In this document: piece by piece, positions 27,354 through 35,881 of the stretch
How positions within the stretch are numbered: position 1 is the stretch's first letter
Layout of the letters: the number at the start of each line of letters is the position of its first letter
Source of the DNA: Anaerolineae bacterium
GTDB taxonomy: Bacteria; Chloroflexota; Anaerolineae; JAADDB01
DNA: 64,000 bases
Direction of reading: 5' to 3'
Assembly (NCBI GenBank): GCA_015490995.1
Contig: WFWT01000041.1
Coordinates: 1,056-65,055, forward strand
Notes under the pieces: model-generated
What the model saw: the letters and a program-made list of their open reading frames with translations, nothing else
Databases searched by the model: none
What the model was told of the DNA's origin: nothing
Position numbers and translations under genes: made by a program

Positions 27354-28610
27354 ATGAAGGCGGAAAACGTCTACCTCCTGGGCCGCTGGTTAGCGTGGGT
27401 GGGTGGTCCCCAGGCTGGATGGCGGGTATTGGGGATCGCCCTCATCGTCGGCCTGGTAGGCGCCCTGCTGGGTTTATGGCAAGCATCCCAGCGCCCCCCC
27501 TTCTATCAGGTGCAAGTGGTCATGGCCATTTACCCAACACATTTCCGCTGGAACGCCACAACCGTCATCCAAACTTTGCAGCGCCCGCGCAATGACGCAC
27601 GTAACATGGCCATGGTCATGGCCCAGGGGCCTAACGTGCTTACAGAAGTGATCCGCCGCATGGGTGACCGTTTGCCGCCCACGCTTCGCAATCCTGGAGT
27701 ATTACGACGTCAGCTGATCGTGCGGGGCGGGGAGGGCATCTATGTATACCTGACCGTGAACGGCACCGATCCGGAGCTCACATACGAGCTGGCCACTACC
27801 TGGGCGCAAGTGGTGGAGGAAGAGGTAGAAACGAGTTTCTACCGGTATGACGTGGATATTCCGGCGATGGAGGACCAATTGACGGAGCTGGAAGCCCAGT
27901 TGCAGGCGATAGAGGCAGAGATTGAGGCGTTTCGCGCCCGCACCGGCTACTCGCTGGTGGACGTCGACAACCTGGTAGCAGTAGGTGCAGGGGAGGAAAC
28001 GCCTAGAGTCATTGGCTGGCAAGCCGATGTGGTGCGCTGGGCTTATGCGACGTCTACCCTGGGCGAATACGAACACGCACAGGCAGTGTTGCTCCAGCTG
28101 GCCGAACAGGTGACCAACGCCGAACAAACCGGTCAGAGCCTGGACACGGTACCCCTTGAGCTGGTGGACACCCTTCCTGCAGTGCAGCGCCGCGGTCGAC
28201 TGTCGGCTGCACAACTGCGCGCGCTGGCACAGCATGCCCTGGTGGCAGAACGCCTGCGCGCGGAGGCGGAAGCCCTCCAGCCGGCCATTGACCTGTTGCG
28301 CGAGGAGGTCACGCGCGCTCAGGAGACACTGGCCGGGTACAAAACCCGCTTCCGCGATCTGGTGCGGCAGCGGGACGCAGTGGAGAGGTTGTACAAAGCC
28401 TTGCTGGCCAAACGTGAGGAACTGCGGGCCGAAGCCGCGGTGGCCGACGCGTACGTGAGAATTGTGGAAGTGCGTCCACCTCAACGGGCCGGCACGTCCA
28501 GCCAGCTGATACAGGTGCTGGCCGGTGCGGTGCTGGGCGCCTTCCTGGGCTTCTGGACGGCCACTACCTGGTATAGCATCCGACGAGCCCGTGCGGCCTC
28601 ACACACCTGA
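27354..28610 (+). CDS. Wzz-like polysaccharide co-polymerase (chain-length determinant architecture)
   Basis: Start set at ATG 27354. One TM near each end (VLGIALIVGLVGALLGLW; LIQVLAGAVLGAFLGFWTATTW) flanks a long coiled-coil region. Confidence 0.55.
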   Translation: MKAENVYLLGRWLAWVGGPQAGWRVLGIALIVGLVGALLGLWQASQRPPFYQVQVVMAIYPTHFRWNATTVIQTLQRPRNDARNMAMVMAQGPNVLTEVIRRMGDRLPPTLRNPGVLRRQLIVRGGEGIYVYLTVNGTDPELTYELATTWAQVVEEEVETSFYRYDVDIPAMEDQLTELEAQLQAIEAEIEAFRARTGYSLVDVDNLVAVGAGEETPRVIGWQADVVRWAYATSTLGEYEHAQAVLLQLAEQVTNAEQTGQSLDTVPLELVDTLPAVQRRGRLSAAQLRALAQHALVAERLRAEAEALQPAIDLLREEVTRAQETLAGYKTRFRDLVRQRDAVERLYKALLAKREELRAEAAVADAYVRIVEVRPPQRAGTSSQLIQVLAGAVLGAFLGFWTATTWYSIRRARAASHT

Positions 28611-28706
28611 ACACACACAGGTCACCACCCCGGGCAACCGGCGGGCACAGGGACGGGCAAGGGCATCTCCCGGGGACATGGATTTCGCCAGATCAACGGT
28701 GCTATC

Positions 28707-30536
28707 ATGGACAGCGACACACGGCGGTCAGTGCGCGCGTACGCGGTGCCCTTGCTGGTGTACTTGGTCCTTGGCATCACATGGGCACTAACCCTCCCTC
28801 TGTGGCAAGGGCCGGATGAACCAGGCCATTATGAATATGCCGCACTCCTTGCCGAGCTAGGACGCCCCCCCCGGCCCCAGGACGCGCAACCTGAATTACA
28901 GGCCACTATTCTGCGCTCTATGGCAGCCCATCGCTTCTGGGCCTTGACGTTTCAACAGTCGCCGACGACTCTGCCCACACGCTTCGTGGAAAGCACATTC
29001 CTGCGGCGCTCCGGAAGCCAGTTGGGCAATGAACACCCTGCTTATTACATCCTCCCCGCCTTCATTGTGCGTTCTATTCCCTCCGTGGAAAGCCAGATGT
29101 ACCTCATCCGCCTGTACAGCGTGTTGCTGGGAAGCGGTGTTGTGTTGGCCGCAGTATGGGGAGCCCGCCGTACGTGGCCGACGGTGCCCCTGTTACGGGA
29201 TGGCTTGCCCCTCGCAGTGGCGTTGTTGCCCATGCCCACCTTCCTTCATGCTACCGTCAACAGCACCGTGCTCGTGGACATGTTGGGGGCATGGTTCTTC
29301 GCCCTCGGTTGGCAAGTAGTGCGCGCCTCCCCCACCAGGCCCATACCACGGTGGCGTTGGGTGCTATGGCTCGCCCTGGCACTCACGGCCGCCTGGGTGA
29401 AACGTACTGCTATCGGCCTGGTAGTCATCGCCCTGGTCGTCATGGGATGGCGTATTCGGGCCGTCCGCCGCGTCATGGTAGGGGTATTTGGCCTGGGGGT
29501 CGTGTTGCTGACGCTAACCATGGTGGTACGGGTTGAGCACCGCGCGGACCGATGGCACATGAACCCCCAGCTGGCACCGGCACCGCGCGATCCCACGGGG
29601 GGCTGGGCGGGGACAGCTGCCCTCCGCCTGGTAGACCGACTTTCCTCCCGTCGAATCTATGCCGCCCAGAACGTAGAGGCGTCCCACGTGCCTACCTTAT
29701 GGGGAGAAAGTGTGACGTTTGAAGTCCTCGCCCGCGCCATTGAACGCCCAACCCTGGTGTGTCTTTCCGTGATAGATGAACAGCATCACACCTTTGCCTG
29801 TGGTCAGGTTGTGCCGACAAGATGGCAACGTTTACAGGTAATTCATGAGGTGACCCCAGGCACCGCCTACGTGCGTGTAGTGGTGGGAATAGGCCGCCCA
29901 CAAGATTGGACCGCCCTTGGCGCAGCCTGGGTAGATAATGCACGACTGATCATTCGGCAGACAGGGCAAGAGGTGTTGCACAACGGGGATGTAGAACAGG
30001 CGGCCAGAGCACTCGCCGTTATCCCGCACCCTTGGCGCCGCTGGTTGCCCGCGTTGGATGCCTATGTGTACGTGCCTCCGCTGGTGGAACCGGGAGCGGT
30101 GCAGCGATGGGTAATAGCCGCAGGGGTATTTTTCGTCTCGTTCTGGGGCAACTTTGGATGGTTACAATACCCCTTGCCCTGGCCGATATACGGATGGCTG
30201 GTCGGAATAACCGTCCTGGCCGTTGTGGGATACGGCCGCCGATGGCAACAGGCACAAAAGGACGAACGACCGCTGTTAACTTTCCACGCGGGCGCGTTGC
30301 TCCTGGGTATAATCACACTCCTGCTGCCCACTCTCTGGTCTGAGTGGATGCCTCAAGGGCGCTACCTGTTCCCCTGGTTGCTGCCCGCGGTGGCCGTGTA
30401 CCTGGAAGGGGGGCGAATGTGGGTCCCATCCCCCGCCCGGGAGCGGCTGCTGGGCCGCGCTCTGCTGGTGGCAGGCGTGTGGTTTAGCCTGTTTGCCCTG
30501 GTGTGGACACTGGCGGCCATGTACGGCACCCAGTAA
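28707..30536 (+). CDS. GT-C-fold-like integral membrane protein, paralogous motif to 25006..27339
   Basis: 609 aa, many TM. First-loop motif LPLWQGPDEPGHYEYAALL parallels PPWEAHDEWAHYKYVEYI of the upstream gene. Confidence 0.55.
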   Translation: MDSDTRRSVRAYAVPLLVYLVLGITWALTLPLWQGPDEPGHYEYAALLAELGRPPRPQDAQPELQATILRSMAAHRFWALTFQQSPTTLPTRFVESTFLRRSGSQLGNEHPAYYILPAFIVRSIPSVESQMYLIRLYSVLLGSGVVLAAVWGARRTWPTVPLLRDGLPLAVALLPMPTFLHATVNSTVLVDMLGAWFFALGWQVVRASPTRPIPRWRWVLWLALALTAAWVKRTAIGLVVIALVVMGWRIRAVRRVMVGVFGLGVVLLTLTMVVRVEHRADRWHMNPQLAPAPRDPTGGWAGTAALRLVDRLSSRRIYAAQNVEASHVPTLWGESVTFEVLARAIERPTLVCLSVIDEQHHTFACGQVVPTRWQRLQVIHEVTPGTAYVRVVVGIGRPQDWTALGAAWVDNARLIIRQTGQEVLHNGDVEQAARALAVIPHPWRRWLPALDAYVYVPPLVEPGAVQRWVIAAGVFFVSFWGNFGWLQYPLPWPIYGWLVGITVLAVVGYGRRWQQAQKDERPLLTFHAGALLLGIITLLLPTLWSEWMPQGRYLFPWLLPAVAVYLEGGRMWVPSPARERLLGRALLVAGVWFSLFALVWTLAAMYGTQ

Positions 30537-30557
30537 GGAGTAGAAGCCCTCAAAACA

Positions 30558-31736
30558 TCAAGGCCAATCCCCGGCTGCCGGCAGGCCTAAGTTCTCCCGG
30601 CCCATGTCTCGTAACACCTTATACTTGTACACCTGCAGAAACCGTCCAAGCGAGGTCCACCAGAAGCGCACAAAAGCCGGACTGCGCGCGTAAGCGAACT
30701 GCGCCAACCGCACACGAAGGGTAAGATGACGTCCCAACTCACTAAATCGCAGGCGTGCGTTGTAGTCGGCAAAACTCAGATCGCCCCGCTCCAGAGCCTC
30801 TATCACCCAAGGCGCGACGGTCACGCCGTACCAGAGGGCGAAACTGATCCCTTCCCCCAACATGGGTTCAATGCCAGCGGCCTCACCGATGAGAAGGGCC
30901 CCGGGACGACTGTACACGCCTCGCGGGTCATACCACCGCTCCGGGTGCCCCATCACCCGCACGCGGTTGGGGGATACACCCCGTTCCCGCAACATGGTGT
31001 GAAGAATGTCTGCCAAGTTGGCCCGCGGCCGATGAGACCAGACCCGGCTGTCAAATACCCCTCGATTGACCACAGGATGCCCATCCTCTACCGCGGGAAA
31101 GTCCCACACATAGCCCTGAACGTGATGGTGGATAGGCGTGAAGTCAAACCACGCGGTGTGATGGTGAACGGTCTCTCGGGCCAATGGGTCCTCAGGGGGC
31201 ATAAACACCTCCACCAGACGGGATACATGACGGCGGTTGGGAAGGCGCAGTGCCTTGCGGACCACCCCTTTAGCCCCATCGGCCCCAACCACCACGCGCG
31301 CCCGAACGGTGCCACGAGGAGTGTCCAGATACCACCATCCCCCCTCATACGTCATGCCTTGCACCGGACATTGTTCCCACAATGCCACACCCCGCTTGCG
31401 GACCTGAGCAGCTAAAGCCGCGTCGAACACCGGGCGGCGAATGACCCGAAAGATGTACGGGACGTCCCACGAGAACGCGCGGCTTTCGTACACAAACCGG
31501 AGATGATGCACGGGCACAGAGGGCACGTTCAGGTCATCCCAGGTCAAGCCCAGAGCACGGAGAGCTCGCTCACCGATGATGGTCACGCCCCCGCCACATG
31601 GTTTCTCTCGGGGGTGAACGGCTTTTTCCAAGAGGAGCATCTCGCCCACAAGCCCAGGCGCCTTACGAGCCATCGCTAGAGCGAAGGCACACCCGGCTGG
31701 CCCTGCGCCTACAACAACTACCGTGCGAGTAAGCAT
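30558..31736 (-). CDS. FAD-dependent oxidoreductase, geranylgeranyl reductase family
   Basis: Start set at ATG 31736, with GGAGG upstream. MLTRTVVVVGAGPAGCAFA dinucleotide-binding motif and EKPCGGG. Confidence 0.7.
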   Translation of the reverse strand: MLTRTVVVVGAGPAGCAFALAMARKAPGLVGEMLLLEKAVHPREKPCGGGVTIIGERALRALGLTWDDLNVPSVPVHHLRFVYESRAFSWDVPYIFRVIRRPVFDAALAAQVRKRGVALWEQCPVQGMTYEGGWWYLDTPRGTVRARVVVGADGAKGVVRKALRLPNRRHVSRLVEVFMPPEDPLARETVHHHTAWFDFTPIHHHVQGYVWDFPAVEDGHPVVNRGVFDSRVWSHRPRANLADILHTMLRERGVSPNRVRVMGHPERWYDPRGVYSRPGALLIGEAAGIEPMLGEGISFALWYGVTVAPWVIEALERGDLSFADYNARLRFSELGRHLTLRVRLAQFAYARSPAFVRFWWTSLGRFLQVYKYKVLRDMGRENLGLPAAGDWP

Positions 31737-31891
31737 ACGGCCTCCGAAGTATGGAGGGTATTTGCCAAGGCGAGCGTTCGAAAAACTTAACGCCCTACCA
31801 AAGTTATAACTCACGCCCTTAGGTTGAGTTGCACCGAACGTGCTGCCAGAACATCGCGGCCGAACCAGGGAAGCACCCTTCCCTTCTCCGA

Positions 31892-33253
31892 TTACCCGCC
31901 ATCCAGGGCCTCCAGATCCTGAGGAGTATCCACATCCCGCGCGGCATGTGGTTCCGGCCAATCCACCCACACCACATGATCGGCATGCGCTTGCCAGACA
32001 CGGCGTCCCCCCACATCACCGGAAAGGGACTGCAAGTCCGGAAAGAGGGCACGATCAAAGAGTACCGGCGCCCCTGGCTGGCCGTCATAGCGGGGCACCA
32101 CCGCCGGTGCCAAAGTGCGCCGATGGGTCGCGATGAGGGCATCTACCAAGTTAGCGGAAATACGGGGCTGATCCGCCAGGGGGAAGACCGCGGCACTCAC
32201 CCCAGGCAGCGCGGCCACACCAAGCCGAACGCTGGTACTCTGACCTTCTAACCAACGGGTATTCTCCACAACGCGAAGTGTCACATCAGGATGTTCACGT
32301 TGCCATCGGGCAATGACGTCCCGTACCCGGGAACGATGTGCGCCCAAAACGATCACAATGTAATCCACGGATGCCTGCGCCACCGCGTTTAGCACGTGTA
32401 CGATGAGGGGATGTCCACGCCAGAGCGCTATCTGTTTAGGACCACCAAACCGGGTGCCTGCGCCGGCCGCCAATACGACGGCTCCCACTCGACCGTAGAC
32501 CTCCCACACCGGATCCGTAGCGTGTAAAGTGGTCAACACCACCTCGTCAATAGAGGGCGCCTGCAACAACGTGGAAGCCATCCGGCGAGCAGCAGGTAGG
32601 CTACCGACGTCGTCCACCTGGTTCACCATAACGACCACTCGCGCTCCCGGTGGGCAGTGCTGTAACCAACCCTGGGGATGGGACAGGACATGGGAAACGG
32701 CTTCCGGTGTTACCGCCGCGTGAAGGGGCAACCCGCTCAAACGGGCAAACCGATCGGCCCGATGCACGTAATCGGGGTGGAGGGGACGGCCTAGGCCGGT
32801 CCACCCGGCCACCAAAATCACCAGCGCGCACGTGGAAGGCAAAACGGGTTCATGGGCAGCAGGCGCTTTTAACGGTTTACCGCGAGCCCCGTCCGCTTCT
32901 ACCAGAACGACATCGGCTTCGGGCGCCAGAGCGTCCACCCACTGGGGGGGCAGACCTCGGACCTTGTTGGCCGAAGGCTCCAGTGTGTGCGCAAGGGCCA
33001 AGATTCCCCCCGGTAAGAGCTGCCGCGCCTCACGACGAGCTACTTCCAAGGTGGGGGCAAGTTTAGCCTCGCCCAGGGTCCGCCACTGGTGCACCCACAT
33101 GTGGGTAGTGGTGGTGGCAATGACTCGCCAGCCCAGAGCAGCCGCTTCCCGCGCCAGACGGTGAAGAAGCGTACTCTTCCCACCCGCGCCCACAATGCCC
33201 ACCACCAAAGGGGTATCCATCCCTCCACACCTCAGGGCGTGCCACAACTTCAT
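31892..33253 (-). CDS. YqeC-like selenium-dependent hydroxylase accessory protein :: MocA-like molybdenum cofactor cytidylyltransferase fusion
   Basis: Start set at ATG 33253, an ATGA overlap with the upstream stop. N-terminal half VVGIVGAGGKSTLLHRLA...VIATTTTHM is YqeC-type. C-terminal half AVVLAAGAGTRFGGPKQIALWRGHPL is of the MobA/MocA NTP-transferase type. Confidence 0.75.
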   Translation of the reverse strand: MKLWHALRCGGMDTPLVVGIVGAGGKSTLLHRLAREAAALGWRVIATTTTHMWVHQWRTLGEAKLAPTLEVARREARQLLPGGILALAHTLEPSANKVRGLPPQWVDALAPEADVVLVEADGARGKPLKAPAAHEPVLPSTCALVILVAGWTGLGRPLHPDYVHRADRFARLSGLPLHAAVTPEAVSHVLSHPQGWLQHCPPGARVVVMVNQVDDVGSLPAARRMASTLLQAPSIDEVVLTTLHATDPVWEVYGRVGAVVLAAGAGTRFGGPKQIALWRGHPLIVHVLNAVAQASVDYIVIVLGAHRSRVRDVIARWQREHPDVTLRVVENTRWLEGQSTSVRLGVAALPGVSAAVFPLADQPRISANLVDALIATHRRTLAPAVVPRYDGQPGAPVLFDRALFPDLQSLSGDVGGRRVWQAHADHVVWVDWPEPHAARDVDTPQDLEALDGG

Positions 33254-34107
33254 GGGACACGTTTCCCCGCCGGTGCCGGATCTCTCAGAAAACGACGGAT
33301 CTGAGGAGCGCTCAGCACCGCTTCCACCACGCCACCACCGATGGCGAGGGACTTGTCGGAAATGGTGAAGCAATGCGCGGGATCCCCACGCGGGTCCACA
33401 TCCCCGATCTTCATCCCCTTACGGACGAAGACGCGGGGGTGAATCAGGCCGCGCAGCACACCGGGAAAAGGGGCACGGACCGGTTCCCCTCCGACGGTAC
33501 AAATGACTTGGTTTTCGGTGACTCGCTCACCGATGCGAACGCGAGGGGTCACGTATCCCTCTCTGGGCGCGCGCAACACCCGCTCTCGGTCGTATCCTAA
33601 AACCTTACCCGGCGTGCCTGTATCCGGCAACGCACGGCCAGACCAGTACACACGGCCTAACGTGTGACCGCGCGCGGTCTCTACCACGGCATGACAGTCC
33701 ACACCGGCGGTAAAGCCGGGACCCAGTGCAACGACGAGGGGGGCATCGGTAATGCGGGTGCCGGTGTTGCGCTTGGCCATGATAGCGTCCACCACTACGG
33801 CGAAGGACAACTGGTCACGCACCTGCGCCTCAGGGTCGACCATCACGGGCACCTCACCCCGCTGCCAGGCAACCAACACCTGGTCAATCGTCTCCACCCG
33901 CCGGGCCACAATGCCCTCTACCTGGACCTCATCGGCATACACTGCCTCCGCGAAGGCCACCGTGCGGCGAACCACCAGCGGAGTGTCGGTCTCGGTGACG
34001 AGCACGGGAAAACCGGCCTTATATAGCCGGTACACAACACCACTGCCCAGGTCTCCGCCACCTCGCACAAGTACGCGCACGTGTGGAAAGGTAAACACCT
34101 CCGTCAT
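33250..34107 (-). CDS. yqeB: YqeB-family (EF2563-type) selenium-dependent molybdenum hydroxylase system protein
   Basis: Start set at ATG 34107, with GAGGGGG upstream. VLVRGGGDLGSGVVYRLYKAGFPVLVTETDTPLVVRRTVAFAEAVY matches my recollection of the family signature. Confidence 0.7.
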   Translation of the reverse strand: MTEVFTFPHVRVLVRGGGDLGSGVVYRLYKAGFPVLVTETDTPLVVRRTVAFAEAVYADEVQVEGIVARRVETIDQVLVAWQRGEVPVMVDPEAQVRDQLSFAVVVDAIMAKRNTGTRITDAPLVVALGPGFTAGVDCHAVVETARGHTLGRVYWSGRALPDTGTPGKVLGYDRERVLRAPREGYVTPRVRIGERVTENQVICTVGGEPVRAPFPGVLRGLIHPRVFVRKGMKIGDVDPRGDPAHCFTISDKSLAIGGGVVEAVLSAPQIRRFLRDPAPAGKRVP

Positions 34108-34135
34108 CGTGCCCCCTCGTGGCCCGTAGTTACGC

Positions 34136-34996
34136 TCATCGGAGGCGACGGTACACGGTGACAACCATAATGCCCAGCGTCACCAGCCCGAACAGCAAGC
34201 CAAAGGGGCGAAACAGAACCCCGATCAACATGCCCATCAGACCGGTGGTAGCCACAATAAAGGCCGCATACGCGTTCAAATGACGGGCCCGATGCCGGGC
34301 TCCGGCCCGCCAGATCCCTTCCGCGACGAAACCGGCCAGGGGAAAGGCCACCAGCAGACTCCAAAAACCGATCAACGCGGCCACCACCACCCCCAACACC
34401 CCACCCACAAAACCGAGAATCGCCGCAGCCACCAGGGACGTGAGCACGTGGCGCGGTGTGGCGTGATAAAAACGTTTTTCCAGCTCGTTCACGCACGCGC
34501 GACACCGGTATCCCACATCGGTCAGCACGCTACAATCGGGACAAATGGGCTTGCCACACCGGTTACAGCGCAGGGTGGTTTCCCGGTCTGGATGGTTGGC
34601 ACATGCGTAAACCGGCACCCCTTCCTCATAACGAAGCACCGTCCAGGTCTCGACCTCGGCTGCGGCATCCTGGTCAGAAGGCTCAGGGGAAACCTCAGAG
34701 GACGCACCCGCTGCCCTCTGGGAAGTGTGTTCCTGCAACTGTCGGAGCCCTTCCCGAGCAATGGGGTTGTCCGGGTCCAGGGCCAGGACCGTCTGGTAAA
34801 TGCGTCGCTTTTCCTCCGCGTCCTCGGTCAGGCTGACCAAACCTAACCATGCATCGACGTTTTCCGGGTCCAGGGCAATGACTTCGCTAAAGAGCGTTTC
34901 CGCTTCCTCTTTACGTCCCAGCTGAATCGCCACTTGCGCCCGCTGAAGCAACTGCCGGACGTCACCTTTACTGGCAGGCGACCGTTCTGCCATCAC
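34136..34996 (-). CDS. TPR / B-box-like zinc-ribbon membrane protein (hypothetical)
   Basis: 286 aa. N-terminal TPR-like helices, CANHPDRETTLRCNRCGKPICPDC...CRAC cysteine cluster, about 4 C-terminal TM segments. Confidence 0.6.
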   Translation of the reverse strand: MMAERSPASKGDVRQLLQRAQVAIQLGRKEEAETLFSEVIALDPENVDAWLGLVSLTEDAEEKRRIYQTVLALDPDNPIAREGLRQLQEHTSQRAAGASSEVSPEPSDQDAAAEVETWTVLRYEEGVPVYACANHPDRETTLRCNRCGKPICPDCSVLTDVGYRCRACVNELEKRFYHATPRHVLTSLVAAAILGFVGGVLGVVVAALIGFWSLLVAFPLAGFVAEGIWRAGARHRARHLNAYAAFIVATTGLMGMLIGVLFRPFGLLFGLVTLGIMVVTVYRRLR

Positions 34997-35041
34997 ACGT
35001 TCCTCCTCCAGACTAAAAGTTCGCGCTTGCCCGACGACCGA

Positions 35042-35881
35042 TCATTCATCCTTCCACCGCAGGCGGTCCATCAGGGTGCGATAGAAATAACTCCGCTCTT
35101 GGAGGCGGATAAAGTAAGCAGCATACGGGCTGGCCCGCACGACCAGCCGATCCCCGTGACGCATGTCCACCTCAAACTGCCCGTCCACGGTCAGGATGAC
35201 CTGATGATCGGTCTCTACGTCCAACCACACCTCCGCCCCTTCATCCAGGACCACCGGTTTGTCCAGGGACAGGTGCGGCGCGATGGCGACGATAAGCATG
35301 TTCTTCAGCTCAGGGGGGAGGATGGGGCCGCCGGCTGCAAGCGCGTAACCGGTACTTCCTGTGGGAGTTGCCACAATGACCCCATCGGCCACATAAGTGG
35401 TGAGGCGTCCACCGTTCACGTGAACAGTAACCCGGATCACCCGGGCTAAGGTCCCCCGGCTGACCACCACGTCGTTCAGAGCACGGTACTTCCCCAGCAC
35501 CTGACCGTCCCGATGCAACTCGGCGTCTAGCATCAACCTGGATTCCAACCAGTAGTTGTCCGCGAGGACACACTCCAAAGCCTGTCGCCAATCACCAGGC
35601 TCGACTTCGGCCAAAAATCCCAACCGACCTAGGTTGACGCCCAAAATGGGGACGCGATAGCCGGCGGCCAGGCGACCGGCCCGCAGAAGCGTGCCATCCC
35701 CGCCCAGGGCCAGCAGGAGATCCGTGTGTTCTAACTGACGTCGCACGCCGGTCTCGTCCCAGCTGGAGGCCATCCACGCCTCCACGCCCCGCTCACAGAG
35801 GTAGGCCACCATCTCTTCTGCCAAGGTACGGGACGCGGGAATATACGGGTGAAAGAGCGCCCCAACGGTGCGCACCCTCAT
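35042..35881 (-). CDS. nadK: NAD kinase
   Basis: 279 aa. LLLALGGDGTLLRA and ATPTGSTGYALAAGGPI motifs. Confidence 0.9.
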   Translation of the reverse strand: MRVRTVGALFHPYIPASRTLAEEMVAYLCERGVEAWMASSWDETGVRRQLEHTDLLLALGGDGTLLRAGRLAAGYRVPILGVNLGRLGFLAEVEPGDWRQALECVLADNYWLESRLMLDAELHRDGQVLGKYRALNDVVVSRGTLARVIRVTVHVNGGRLTTYVADGVIVATPTGSTGYALAAGGPILPPELKNMLIVAIAPHLSLDKPVVLDEGAEVWLDVETDHQVILTVDGQFEVDMRHGDRLVVRASPYAAYFIRLQERSYFYRTLMDRLRWKDE

